The position numbers were made by a program, and so were the translations under genes. DNA of 64,000 bases, taken from contig LFCO01000003.1 of the NCBI GenBank assembly GCA_001189165.1, forward strand, positions 50,769-114,768, read 5' to 3'. This document shows positions 50,817 through 60,577 of this stretch, one piece after another. The notes beneath the pieces were generated by a model. The model was not told where the DNA came from, made no database searches, and was given only the letters and a program-made list of their open reading frames with translations. How positions within the stretch are numbered: the first letter of the stretch is position 1; each line of letters starts with the position of its first letter. The stretch is from Parcubacteria bacterium C7867-005. GTDB lineage: Bacteria; Patescibacteriota; Minisyncoccia; Phycocordibacterales; Zambryskibacteraceae.

Positions 50817-51861
50817 CATATTTAGGTTCTTTGTTTGGTAAAGCCGTACCAATCGCCGCTCCATAAGAAAGTGACTCTTCAAAAGAGATGTCCGGAAGAT
50901 ACTCGTTAAATGAAAAGGCATTCGCCCAGACATTAGCTACTGAATACTCTACATCGATACCTTCCATCAAATCTGAGAGGAATCCTTCATTCTTTTTGTT
51001 TGCTCCAACTCCTGTAAGGATGATTTTCTCTATTTTTTTCTGAGGTATGCCCATTTTGTTTAATCTGGTATTCCAGAAAACAAAAAGCTTTCTCATTTCT
51101 GTTTTTAGATTAGACAAATCTGGGTAACCACCGGAGTCATCTTGTCTGGTTCCATAAGCTGGGGTAGAACTGAACTGCATAACTTCATCTTCAGCTATAT
51201 AAAACCCCGTTTTATCCTCGCTCAAATTTAGTATGAGGTGAGCTCGAGTATCACCCGTGAGGATGACTGCTCGGGCTATGGCTTGTGACTCAATATCAAA
51301 AGAGATTGGTGTTATACCCGCATCCTCGAATATTTTTAGATAAACTTCAACAGCTTTGTTTGGCAGAACAGCTACAGCAACTTTGACCAAAGCCTTATCT
51401 TCTGTATCTCCGATAATATCAAAATCAAAAACAGACTCACTGAGGGCCACGGGGACGTTCTCTTCTATGGTGAAAGCTACTCGGTCCCTCAGACTATCAA
51501 AAGGTTTTTTGTCTACCTGGGTAGTAAAAACATAAGCTTTTTCCTCTGGTAGTGTCGCCCGTGCGAAATCAAAACCATATTTTATCCTCAAGTCGGACAG
51601 GACCTTGCTCAGGGCCTCTTTGTCGTGGATATAACCAGCAACAATCAACCCCGGAGCGAGCCTCACCTCAACTGCAGTCAGCAGGGTTAGGTCGCCCCTA
51701 TGGCCTGTTTGTCTAAATTCAACCAAGTGAACGGCTCTATCCGAGAGGGCGATACCTACTCTCGATATATGTAGAAACCCCGGGGTTGGAAAAAGGGTGA
51801 AGAAACCTTTTTTGTGTGAGTGTGTTGAAGGAACTACTTCTGACATAAAGATATTATACAC
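50812..51861 (-). CDS. pilM: Type IV pilus assembly ATPase-like protein PilM (actin/FtsA fold)
   Basis: 349 aa; FtsA/actin-like two-domain pattern with conserved Gly-rich phosphate loops, gene context pilM-pilN-pilO. Confidence 0.65.
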   Translation of the reverse strand: MYNIFMSEVVPSTHSHKKGFFTLFPTPGFLHISRVGIALSDRAVHLVEFRQTGHRGDLTLLTAVEVRLAPGLIVAGYIHDKEALSKVLSDLRIKYGFDFARATLPEEKAYVFTTQVDKKPFDSLRDRVAFTIEENVPVALSESVFDFDIIGDTEDKALVKVAVAVLPNKAVEVYLKIFEDAGITPISFDIESQAIARAVILTGDTRAHLILNLSEDKTGFYIAEDEVMQFSSTPAYGTRQDDSGGYPDLSNLKTEMRKLFVFWNTRLNKMGIPQKKIEKIILTGVGANKKNEGFLSDLMEGIDVEYSVANVWANAFSFNEYLPDISFEESLSYGAAIGTALPNKEPKYV

Positions 51862-51882
51862 TCACTCTGAGCATAGCGTAGA

Positions 51883-52209
51883 CTATTTTACACGGAGACC
51901 GACCGGAACATCTGAAGATACTTTGAGCAAAGAGAAGATTTCATCATTTGAGACAGCGAGGATCATGGCTTCACTCGGTATGCCCATAAGAGGTCTGGGT
52001 TCTAGGTTTGTGGCGAAGGCGCACTTCACTCCGACCAAGACCTGTGGGTCAGCAAAATACTTTCTAATCCCTGACACAACTGTTCTTGGTTTTTCTTCTG
52101 CAAATTTAACTGATAATTTCAAAAGCTTTTCGGAAGCTTCGATAGTCTCAACCGACAAAATCTCTCCGATGCTTATCTCCCCTTTTTTGAATTCATCTAT
52201 GGTGATCAT
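51883..52209 (-). CDS. Stand-alone tRNA-binding protein (CsaA/Trbp111/EMAP-like OB-fold domain)
   Basis: 108 aa; MITIDEFKKGEISIGEILSVE...KLLKLSV matches the MetRS C-terminal-like tRNA-binding domain family. Confidence 0.7.
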   Translation of the reverse strand: MITIDEFKKGEISIGEILSVETIEASEKLLKLSVKFAEEKPRTVVSGIRKYFADPQVLVGVKCAFATNLEPRPLMGIPSEAMILAVSNDEIFSLLKVSSDVPVGLRVK

Positions 52210-52601
52210 TTATTTGAATCTATATAACTTTTAAGTATGAGTGCCGCGGCTGATGCATCTCTCATGGTTGTTTTACCCTGTAGTCTATCTGCTTCCATCG
52301 AAGTATAGACCTCTGGATGCAGTACAACATCGAATCCTCTAGATTTTAAATCATTTATGAATAATTTAATTTCTTCGAAAATTGGATTGTGTTTGCCGTC
52401 CAAATTTTTGGATTCACCAACCACAACCCTCTCTATTTTGCTCTCTCTGACCATCTGAGATATGTCGTTCAAAAGATTCGGATCGTTCGGCAAAACTACT
52501 CTAGGCAGAGCGAATTGGCCAGATTCATCCGTCGAGGCAACCCCGACCCTCTTTGCTCCATAATCTACTGCCAAAATCTTCATCCTCGCATTATAGTACA
52601 A
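52206..52601 (-). CDS. ruvX: Holliday-junction-resolvase-like RNase H-fold nuclease YqgF/RuvX
   Basis: 131 aa; MKILAVDYGAKRVGVA N-terminus. Confidence 0.85.
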   Translation of the reverse strand: MYYNARMKILAVDYGAKRVGVASTDESGQFALPRVVLPNDPNLLNDISQMVRESKIERVVVGESKNLDGKHNPIFEEIKLFINDLKSRGFDVVLHPEVYTSMEADRLQGKTTMRDASAAALILKSYIDSNK

Positions 52602-52608
52602 TTAACTG

Positions 52609-52821
52609 ATGGAAACCTGGATCACCGACCACCCCCTACTCGCACTGCTCACTCTGGCCTGGATTATCATCTGGAAGGGCCTGGCTCTGTGGAAAGCTGC
52701 TGGGCTTCAGCAAAAGTATTGGTTTATGGCACTTCTTGTCATCAACACTTTCGGTTTACTTGAAATCTTCTATCTGTACGCCATCGGCAGGAAATATGAG
52801 GTAAAGGTTTTGAAAGACTAG
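52609..52821 (+). CDS. Hypothetical small 2-TM membrane protein
   Basis: 70 aa, two hydrophobic helices. Confidence 0.35.
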   Translation: METWITDHPLLALLTLAWIIIWKGLALWKAAGLQQKYWFMALLVINTFGLLEIFYLYAIGRKYEVKVLKD

Positions 52822-52879
52822 TTTCATATCTATAAATATAGCTACTTGCAAACAGTTGCCCATACTGTATGATTAAAGT

Positions 52880-53251
52880 ATGAGGATAACACAGAGAAAA
52901 GGTGATGTCGCAGTAGCCCAAGCGGTGGCAACTTTCACCCGATACGGCTTTGACGTATCTCTCCCCCTCACCGAATCAGCCGCTTATGATTTGATAGTTG
53001 ATACTGGTAAAGATATAAGGAGGGTGCAAATCAAATTTGCTTCTGGGAAAGAAGTGGGTCTACGTAGAGTACACTCAAACTCAAAGGGTTATGTCGTCAA
53101 AAAACCTCTTAAAAATACCTTCGACTGGCTTTACGTCCTTAATAGCTCTGGTGAAGAATTTTTGGTAACATACAGCCTGGCTGGGAGAAACTGTATAAAC
53201 CCCCAGTCCAAAGATATACTGGCTAGTGTGCTGAGAAGCATTAAAGCCTGA
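52880..53251 (+). CDS. Hypothetical PD-(D/E)xK-like nuclease-fold protein (Hjc/Vsr-like, tentative)
   Basis: 123 aa; AAYDLIVD...RVQIKF resembles D...(E/Q)xK restriction-endonuclease-like core. Confidence 0.35.
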   Translation: MRITQRKGDVAVAQAVATFTRYGFDVSLPLTESAAYDLIVDTGKDIRRVQIKFASGKEVGLRRVHSNSKGYVVKKPLKNTFDWLYVLNSSGEEFLVTYSLAGRNCINPQSKDILASVLRSIKA

Positions 53252-53252
53252 G

Positions 53253-53340
53253 GGAGGAGTGGCTCGAGAGGTTTAAGGCACCGCACTTGAAATGCGGCAT
53301 GGGGTAAATCCCATCGTGAGTTCGAATCTCACCTCCTCCG
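53253..53340 (+). tRNA. tRNA-Ser (anticodon TGA), type II
   Basis: ggaggagtggctcgagaggtttaaggc-accgca-ctTGAaa-tgcgg-long variable arm-gtgagttcgaatctcac-ctcctccg. Confidence 0.8.
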
Positions 53341-53353
53341 CACGAAGTTTGTC

Positions 53354-53842
53354 TTGTGCTACAATTTTTGTATGAATGAAGGTACTTTCAAAATCGAGTG
53401 GGAAGCACATGAATATGAACACAAGGAACGTAGCCATGATTGGTTCTGGGCTGTTGGTATCGCCACAGTGGGTATAGCTATCGCTTCCATTATTTTTGGT
53501 AATATAATCTTTGCCATACTCATCCTTGTATCTGTTTTTGCTCTAACCTTATTTGTAAACAGAGAACCCGAATCAATACGAGTAATACTAGATGAAAAAG
53601 GTATCAGCAAAGATAAGGTCCTCTACCCCTTTGATACTCTCCATTCTTTTTGGATTGATACAGACCATCCCCACAAAAAAATACTCCTAAGGTCAAAAAA
53701 GCTTTTGATGCCGTACATCATAATCCCTCTAGGAGATAACCCGGACAAAGAAAATTTAAAAAAGAAACTTTCAAACTATATAAAAGAAGAGTACCACCGC
53801 CTCTCCTTCGCCGAAACAATACTTGAATACCTAGGATTTTAA
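53354..53842 (+). CDS. Hypothetical membrane protein
   Basis: 162 aa; two TM helices near N-terminus. Confidence 0.4.
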   Translation: MCYNFCMNEGTFKIEWEAHEYEHKERSHDWFWAVGIATVGIAIASIIFGNIIFAILILVSVFALTLFVNREPESIRVILDEKGISKDKVLYPFDTLHSFWIDTDHPHKKILLRSKKLLMPYIIIPLGDNPDKENLKKKLSNYIKEEYHRLSFAETILEYLGF

Positions 53843-53869
53843 CTCTTGACACCACTCAATGTCTCGACA

Positions 53870-55117
53870 TTATGTCAGGTGAGATCCTGCAATTACCGAC
53901 TTCTCTATCTTAATTCTATTTAATACAAATAGACTGATTATCAAAAGTAGCGTGAGAGAAATCAACCCTGTCTGGTATCCCCTAACTCCCTCTCCCATAG
54001 TAATAAGAGCAATACTCCAGACAGCTGGTCCTACAAACGTGGCGAATCTCTCAGCGACGACATAGTAACTGTACGAAGATGCGACAAGGTGCGGCGGAGC
54101 AAGTTCTCCCACCAGCGCACGACTTATACCCCACACTGGTCCAAAAAGTATTCCGGCAAATAGGAAAATTGGAATCAAGGTTTTAAAATTTGTTACCAAA
54201 ACCATCGCCATGAAAATGAAACACCAAACGACAAGAATGATTTTCAGAGTTTTCAAATTTCCCTTTTTATCCGCAATCTTACCGAAAATAATTGCACCGA
54301 TAGCTGCAAGAATGAGAATGCTTGCGGTAAGGAGAGACTTGACCGTATCAGTTGCATGATGGACTGTTTCTAAGTAAAGAGGGAAGTTATTCGCAAATGT
54401 GAGCATGGCGTCGCTGAATAGAAAATATGCCAACAAAAGAAGAGCTAGGGGTTTGCAAGAAAAAACTTCCCTGAATAATGAAACTGGGTTTGACTGACCC
54501 TTGGCCAGAGGAATATCAATGACAGAATTAGCATTTTCTCGGTAAAATAAGAGCATCGGTAATGCCAGTAGTCCAAAAATAATTGTTGCTGGAAACAAAG
54601 CTTGAGCTCTACCCGGATCGCCAAATAACGTGACCCCGTTTACGAATGGAAGTGTAATTAGAATCCCAACTACTTGGCCGATCGAGTTCGCACTCTGACC
54701 TATTCCCGATCTCCAAGAGCGATTTTCTTGACTTGATAAATCGTTGAGCATCGGAGTGAAGTAGAGAAAACAAACGAGATATGCATAAGTGGAAAGTGTG
54801 TATAATATTGTGGCAAAAACCTCCAGACTATCTGAAAACATCACAAGAAGAGAAACCCCTGTATAGCCAGCAAAAGTAAGAAGTGTCCAAAACCGAAGAC
54901 CCTTGATTTTTACTTTCGTTGCATCGATTTTCTTGCTCACAAGAGGCGCTGTAATAATGAACAGTGTTGAAGAAACGATAAGTGCAGCGTTATACCACCA
55001 TGCGGGTTTTCCTTGATCAATGACAAGCCATTGAGAAAAATAGAAAAGGAAGGCCATCAAGACAATAGAATTGGCAAAATCATATAGCGACCAGAGAAAC
55101 AGTGGTTTTTTGCTCAT
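53870..55117 (-). CDS. MFS transporter
   Basis: 415 aa, about 12 TM helices, MFS-like 6+6 arrangement. Confidence 0.75.
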   Translation of the reverse strand: MSKKPLFLWSLYDFANSIVLMAFLFYFSQWLVIDQGKPAWWYNAALIVSSTLFIITAPLVSKKIDATKVKIKGLRFWTLLTFAGYTGVSLLVMFSDSLEVFATILYTLSTYAYLVCFLYFTPMLNDLSSQENRSWRSGIGQSANSIGQVVGILITLPFVNGVTLFGDPGRAQALFPATIIFGLLALPMLLFYRENANSVIDIPLAKGQSNPVSLFREVFSCKPLALLLLAYFLFSDAMLTFANNFPLYLETVHHATDTVKSLLTASILILAAIGAIIFGKIADKKGNLKTLKIILVVWCFIFMAMVLVTNFKTLIPIFLFAGILFGPVWGISRALVGELAPPHLVASSYSYYVVAERFATFVGPAVWSIALITMGEGVRGYQTGLISLTLLLIISLFVLNRIKIEKSVIAGSHLT

Positions 55118-55197
55118 CAGTTTAATTCTAGCCTAGAATCTCCTATCTCTAAAACAAATTACCAATTTCAACAACCTTGGTCTCTCTCAACAAAAGG

Positions 55198-55269
55198 TGC
55201 CCCTGGCAGGAATCGAACCTGCATCATAACTTCCGCAAAGTTACGTCCTATCCATTGAACGACAGGAGC
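55198..55269 (-). tRNA. tRNA-Arg (anticodon GCG; anticodon assignment tentative)
   Basis: Reverse complement gctcctgtcgttcaatggataggacg-taact-ttGCGga-agtta-...ggttcgattcctgccaggggcacc. Confidence 0.65.
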
Positions 55270-55300
55270 AATTTATTTTCTATCTCGAACTCAAATAAGC

Positions 55301-55561
55301 TTAAAGCTTTTTTATCTGTTTAGAAAGACGGGAGGTCTTCCTAGACGCAGTGTTCTTGTTCAAAGTTTTCTCTTTGACTGCTTTATCTAGAGCACTCTGC
55401 ACATCTCTTAAAGCGAGGAGGGCTTCTTTCTTCTTGTTTTCGTTTATGAGTTTTTTAACCACCTTCAAAGCTCTGGCAACCTTGTCTTTGCGAGCGAGGT
55501 TAGCCTCTCGTTTTTTGACGGATGACCTCAGAGCTTTTTTGGCTGAACGTGTTATAGGCAT
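55301..55561 (-). CDS. rpsT: 30S ribosomal protein S20
   Basis: 86 aa; highly basic, MPITRSAKKALR N-terminus. Confidence 0.85.
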   Translation of the reverse strand: MPITRSAKKALRSSVKKREANLARKDKVARALKVVKKLINENKKKEALLALRDVQSALDKAVKEKTLNKNTASRKTSRLSKQIKKL

Positions 55562-55618
55562 CCGTGGATTCTACCCCACGCCCTTACATAAATCAAGGTT
55601 TTCTATTATTATGGGCCA

Positions 55619-56197
55619 ATGATTGGCACCCTCAGAGGATCGGTCGTATACAAGGATCTACACTCTCTAATCGTAGATGTAAACGGCGTTGGATATAAGG
55701 TATCTGTGACCACAGACACTACCCTAGATGCCGTCCCTAGCGAACCAATATTCCTCTGGACATACCTGGCGGTTAGAGAAACTGCGCTGGATCTTTATGG
55801 ATTCTCTTCAAAGGAAACCTTGGAGGTCTTTGAGCTTCTGATTACTATCTCTGGCATAGGACCCAAGACAGCGCTCGGCATACTGAATGTTGCTTCTACA
55901 GATATGCTCCGCCAGGCGGTGGCCGAAGACGACACTTCTTATCTAACTCGTGTATCAGGTATAGGCAAGAAAAATGCAGAGAAAATAGTGCTTGAGCTGA
56001 GAGACAAACTTGTCAGTGTCTCCACAGAAAAAGGCCTCAACCTCAGGGCAGAAGGAGATGCTCTGGAAGCCCTGGTGTCTTTGGGTTACAGCGAAAGAGA
56101 TGCCCGTGAAGCACTGAAGAAAATACCAAAAGATGTAGAAAATACGAGTGAACGAGTCAAGCAGGCGCTTAAACTCCTTTCCAAAAATCATGGATAA
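55619..56197 (+). CDS. ruvA: Holliday junction DNA helicase subunit RuvA
   Basis: 192 aa; MIGTLRGSV...VNGVGYKV OB domain, two HhH motifs, C-terminal domain III. Confidence 0.85.
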   Translation: MIGTLRGSVVYKDLHSLIVDVNGVGYKVSVTTDTTLDAVPSEPIFLWTYLAVRETALDLYGFSSKETLEVFELLITISGIGPKTALGILNVASTDMLRQAVAEDDTSYLTRVSGIGKKNAEKIVLELRDKLVSVSTEKGLNLRAEGDALEALVSLGYSERDAREALKKIPKDVENTSERVKQALKLLSKNHG

Positions 56198-57476
56198 AAT
56201 ACTCTGGTTTATCAAAAAATTTATTCCCAAGAATCTTTTTGATTCTTTGGCTCCGCTCTACCACTACGCTTTGGCTGTGTCGGGTGCTCTTATCTACAGA
56301 TTCCCCTCAAAGCACATCACCACCATCGCCGTCACCGGCACCAAAGGCAAGTCGAGCACAATAGAGATGTTGAATGCGATGTTCGAAGCCGGTGGCCACA
56401 AAACAGCACTCCTCGGCACAATCCGTTTCAAGATCGGAGATGAATCAAGACCAAACAAAACCAAGATGACCATCCCTGGTAGATTTTTTGTTCAGAAATT
56501 TCTACGACAGGCGGTGAAGAGTGGTTGTAGTGTGGCTATATTAGAGATGTCATCCGAAGCGGCCAAACAGTACAGACATAAATTCATTTATCTTGATGCA
56601 CTAGTCTTTACGAACCTTTCTCCTGAACACATCGAGTCTCATGGATCGTTTGAAAAATACCGTAAGGCTAAGTTGGAAATTACCAAAGTACTAAAAAAGA
56701 AACTTAAACCCAAGAGCGTGGTTGTGGCTAACGCAGATGATCCAAATGCAGATTTATTTTTAAAATGTGGAGCCGAAGAATCTTATCCATATTCCCTTTC
56801 GAATGGAGAACCTTATACTGTCGATTCAAGTGGTATCCGTTTTACCTACAAGGGCGTAGAGATAAAATCTGGTCTAAGGGGCGTGTTTAACCTGTACAAC
56901 CTCCTAGGCGCATCTGTATGTGCAGATGCCTTCGGAGTTCCGACTCTCTCTATAAAAGAGGGGGTAGAAAGACTTTCACTCATACGTGGCCGAGTAGAGT
57001 TTGTAAAACTATCTGAAGATAATCCAAATAACAGCAAACAAAATTTCGATGTGATAGTGGATTATGCCCACACGGCGGGTTCACTTGGTGAGCTATACAA
57101 AACATTTGAGGGGCAGAGAAAAGTCTGCGTGTTTGGAAACACTGGTGGCGGTAGAGACAAGTGGAAGAGACCAGAAATGGCCAAGGTAGCTGATAATTTT
57201 TGTGATGAAGTGATCCTCACAAACGAGGATCCTTATGATGAAGACCCGAAACAAATAATCTCTGACATGTTACCCGGATTTAAAAAAAATAATCCAGAGA
57301 TAATTATGGATAGGCGCGAAGCCATCCACGCAGCTATCAGTAAAGCCAAAAACGGAGATGCTGTGCTTATCACCGGTAAGGGCACGGACCCAGCTATCAT
57401 GCTCGCTGATGGTAAGCGACTCGAGTGGAGCGACTACGAAGTAGCAAAAGAGGAGTTGGAAAAAATTTTAAAATAA
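56193..57476 (+). CDS. Mur-ligase-family enzyme (MurE-like UDP-MurNAc-tripeptide synthetase)
   Basis: ATP-binding motif VTGTKGKSST, Mur ligase central and C-terminal domains; start set to internal Met (MDKILWF) giving 5-bp overlap with ruvA rather than the 5'-extended track ORF 56148. Confidence 0.75.
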   Translation, partial: DKILWFIKKFIPKNLFDSLAPLYHYALAVSGALIYRFPSKHITTIAVTGTKGKSSTIEMLNAMFEAGGHKTALLGTIRFKIGDESRPNKTKMTIPGRFFVQKFLRQAVKSGCSVAILEMSSEAAKQYRHKFIYLDALVFTNLSPEHIESHGSFEKYRKAKLEITKVLKKKLKPKSVVVANADDPNADLFLKCGAEESYPYSLSNGEPYTVDSSGIRFTYKGVEIKSGLRGVFNLYNLLGASVCADAFGVPTLSIKEGVERLSLIRGRVEFVKLSEDNPNNSKQNFDVIVDYAHTAGSLGELYKTFEGQRKVCVFGNTGGGRDKWKRPEMAKVADNFCDEVILTNEDPYDEDPKQIISDMLPGFKKNNPEIIMDRREAIHAAISKAKNGDAVLITGKGTDPAIMLADGKRLEWSDYEVAKEELEKILK

Positions 57477-57488
57477 TTTGCATAAATA

Positions 57489-57520
57489 TGGCCCCGACAC
57501 TTTGTCGGGGCCTGTTTGTT
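57489..57520 (+). terminator. Rho-independent terminator after Mur ligase gene
   Basis: ggccccgacactttgtcggggcc hairpin followed by tgtttgtt. Confidence 0.55.
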
Positions 57521-57966
57521 CACCACCACGCACTCGCAACCCCAACCAAGAGAAGGGCCCCGAAAAGCCCCCGGAAGAATTCCTTGACCTTCTCGAGAAA
57601 GCTCGCTCCCTCAAAAAGGGGGTCCTTGATTGGAGGGAACATCACCCTATGTGCCTCCTCCCTGATGACTTCGATCATCTGGTGGACCATCACGTTCTCA
57701 GTCTTGATGACCGTGAGCTTCGGCTCCTCGTTCGAGACGGTCCTCGTGTAGATGAACAGGATGCGATCCTCAGGCCGGGCGAGTCCCAAGCCGTGCGCGA
57801 TGTTGATCCCCTGAACGGCCAGGTAAACCGGCCGAAGCACGTCGCGAATCTCCTCTCTCTGCTTCTGTGAGGAAGACGGCCCAACAAGGACACGGTAGAT
57901 GGTGTTCCCGTGCCAGGTGACTTCGACCAACATGTGGTCGAAGGTTACCGCCCTTTCTTCGATCAT
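57520..57966 (-). CDS. Hypothetical protein in GC-rich patch
   Basis: 148 aa; segment 57.5-58.4 kb is about 57% GC; no recognisable motif. Confidence 0.3.
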   Translation of the reverse strand: MIEERAVTFDHMLVEVTWHGNTIYRVLVGPSSSQKQREEIRDVLRPVYLAVQGINIAHGLGLARPEDRILFIYTRTVSNEEPKLTVIKTENVMVHQMIEVIREEAHRVMFPPIKDPLFEGASFLEKVKEFFRGLFGALLLVGVASAWW

Positions 57967-58448
57967 TGTTTCCTCATGAGTCGTGAGTGAAGGTGCTCCA
58001 ACAAATATAATACCACATTTATAGGTCCGAAGTCAAGCTATAAATACCTTGTTTATTAGCCTCAAAGTGCTAATTTTTAGATAGATACAAGCTCAAACCC
58101 TTCCCCGACAGGAGCACCATGCCCAAGATCGATCGGCGGTGTAGGAACAAGGACGGGAGTCCCAAGATCAAGTACCGCGATATCGGACTTGCCCGAGAAG
58201 CAGCGAGGAAGCTCGGTCACGGACAGCAGGCGTATTCTTGCGGAAGGTGTAGTTTTTGCCACACCGGCCACCGCAAGACATCTGGCCATACACACAGGTC
58301 AAACCATGGGGTGAGCCGGACCTATCGCCATAAGCTTGGCAGAAAGGTCCGAGACTCACGGATCCAACATCATCCACACGCAGCCTAGACAGGCTGCTCT
58401 CTTTTATCTAAGCTAGCCAAAATTCTTTTGAACGAATAAGCTGTCGTT

Positions 58449-59309
58449 ATGCCCGAATTACCCGAGGTGCAAACTACTGTGGATGGTTTAAACAAAACCG
58501 TGAAGGGACGGATTATTAAAGATGTCACTACCACTTATAAAAGTGCGTACCACAAAAACAAAGACAGCATAAAGGATCCAAAATTCTTTAGATACTTTCA
58601 AGAAAAAGTTGTTGGACAAAAAATCTTGAGCGCAGATAGAAGAGCAAAAAATATATTGATCCATCTATCGAACGGATTCACCATACTCACCCACATGAAG
58701 ATGACTGGTTTTTATTTCTATGACGCACCGCCTGATGCTAAATTCATCCGCCTAAATTTCATTTTAGATAACGGCAAATCGCTCGCCTTCTCTGATATGC
58801 GCAAATTCGCCAAAGTGACTGTCGTAGAATCAAAAGATATACACTCCTCCACCCACCTCGTACACCTTGGTAGAGAACCGCTTGATAAAAGCTTCACTTA
58901 TAAAATATTCAAGGGCGCTCTACTAAAACGACCCGGCGCGCCTGTTAAAACCGTTTTAATGGACCAAACGCTCATATCAGGAATCGGCAATATATATTCA
59001 GATGAAATACTCTGGCGCGCGAATGTTCACCCCTTGTCTAAAACCAAACTGATCCCAGACAAAAATTTAAAGCTGGCGTTTATCGCCACCAAAGAAACCC
59101 TGAAAAAAGGCATCGACTTCGGTGGAGATTCTATGTCTGACTATAAAAACATCCACGGCCTACCGGGCAAATTCCAAGACCACCACCGAGCATATAAACA
59201 GAATAAGAAAAGATGTCAGAAAAGAAATTGCAAAGGTACCATCGAAAGGATGGTTGTAGGCACACGCAGTGCTCACTTCTGCCCCAGGCACCAAAAACTA
59301 TTTAGTTAA
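58449..59309 (+). CDS. fpg: Formamidopyrimidine-DNA glycosylase (Fpg/Nei family)
   Basis: 286 aa; N-terminal MPELPEV catalytic Pro2/Glu3, H2TH motif, C-terminal zinc finger CPRC. Confidence 0.85.
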   Translation: MPELPEVQTTVDGLNKTVKGRIIKDVTTTYKSAYHKNKDSIKDPKFFRYFQEKVVGQKILSADRRAKNILIHLSNGFTILTHMKMTGFYFYDAPPDAKFIRLNFILDNGKSLAFSDMRKFAKVTVVESKDIHSSTHLVHLGREPLDKSFTYKIFKGALLKRPGAPVKTVLMDQTLISGIGNIYSDEILWRANVHPLSKTKLIPDKNLKLAFIATKETLKKGIDFGGDSMSDYKNIHGLPGKFQDHHRAYKQNKKRCQKRNCKGTIERMVVGTRSAHFCPRHQKLFS

Positions 59310-59768
59310 TGAGTATAGAGCAATCCCCGCAGCAACAGCGACATTCAGAGATTCTTTCTCACCTTTCATCTCTATCTCCACAATATGATCAGCTGATTCA
59401 AGTACGGACTTAGATACTCCATCGACCTCATTGCCGACGACAAGCATAAATTTATCAGGGGCTTGGAAAATTTTTAATTCCTTAGAATTTTCTGACTGCT
59501 CGAGGGCGATAATCTGATATTCTTCCTTTCTCAACTTTTCGATGACTGGTTCAATAGTCTTAGAATATTCCCAAGGTACAGACTCCTCTGCCCCCAAAGA
59601 TACCTTAATAAAATCTTTTCTTTTCCTTCCAAATCTATCTATAGGGGCCGGTGATGTGCCTATCAGATAAATCTTGGATATCCCCAAGCAATCTGCTGTA
59701 CGAAAAACAGATCCAACATTGGCCACGCTCCTTATATCTTCGAGGATTAGTATTGCTTCTTTGGACAT
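59298..59768 (-). CDS. SpoU/TrmH-family RNA 2'-O-methyltransferase (TrmL-like)
   Basis: 156 aa; SPOUT knot motifs (NVGSVFRTA, LVVGNEVDGVS, SLNVAVAAGIALY). Confidence 0.75.
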   Translation of the reverse strand: MSKEAILILEDIRSVANVGSVFRTADCLGISKIYLIGTSPAPIDRFGRKRKDFIKVSLGAEESVPWEYSKTIEPVIEKLRKEEYQIIALEQSENSKELKIFQAPDKFMLVVGNEVDGVSKSVLESADHIVEIEMKGEKESLNVAVAAGIALYSLTK

Positions 59769-59803
59769 GTGAAAAGACTAACACGGGATGATATAGTAGA
59801 TAC

Positions 59804-60208
59804 ATGCTTAATACTTTTCCAGATCTACTCACCTACTCCCTCTTGGGACCATTCCTGATAAGAGTAGTGGTGGGAATAATCTTTGTTGATTTAGGGATAT
59901 TAAAGTTCAGAGGAGAAAAACAGAATTGGAAAAACTCCTTTGAAGCCCTCCATCTAAACCCAGCAGAAAAAATGGTGTCTATGGTTGGAGTAGTAAATAT
60001 CGTTTGCGGTGCCCTTTTGATTATCGGGTTATGGACCCAAGTAGCTGCTCTCATACTCGGTGTATTAACCCTAATGGAAGTTGCTGTGGAGTGGAGAGAG
60101 GCTCATATCCTCAAAAGGGATCTGGTTTTTTATTTCCTTATGCTTTCAATTTTAATCTCTCTTATGATGACGGGGGCAGGTGCGTTCGCCGTTGATATTC
60201 CTCTATAA
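59804..60208 (+). CDS. DoxX-family membrane protein
   Basis: 134 aa, 4 TM, DoxX pattern. Confidence 0.6.
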   Translation: MLNTFPDLLTYSLLGPFLIRVVVGIIFVDLGILKFRGEKQNWKNSFEALHLNPAEKMVSMVGVVNIVCGALLIIGLWTQVAALILGVLTLMEVAVEWREAHILKRDLVFYFLMLSILISLMMTGAGAFAVDIPL

Positions 60209-60211
60209 AAC

Positions 60212-60577
60212 ATGAGTCCGGGTAACATAAAAATCGAAGAAGGCACAGAAGAAACTCCGATCGAGGCCGCGATGCCGGTTGTGCCTGAATCAGTGAGGAA
60301 TGTTGTAGGCAAAACCAAAAAGATAGCCTCCGTAGAATTCGAGGAGACAAACCTGGAAGCATTCTTTAGAACTGTAAAGAACTCGAGGATGGTCCAGTGG
60401 GTTATGGATTTCTCTGGGGGTTTTGTAAAGGACACCAAGCAGGCTAACTACGTTCTGTTACTCATAGCTGTTCTGATATTCTCTATATCTGCAGTCATCA
60501 TTATTAGAACATTCTCCACCGAACCCATACCCGCACCAGAAGAATTCGATATGGTAGCTACTCCACAAAATTTATGA
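60212..60577 (+). CDS. Hypothetical protein with C-terminal TM
   Basis: 121 aa; overlaps the downstream pilin gene by 4 bp. Confidence 0.35.
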   Translation: MSPGNIKIEEGTEETPIEAAMPVVPESVRNVVGKTKKIASVEFEETNLEAFFRTVKNSRMVQWVMDFSGGFVKDTKQANYVLLLIAVLIFSISAVIIIRTFSTEPIPAPEEFDMVATPQNL

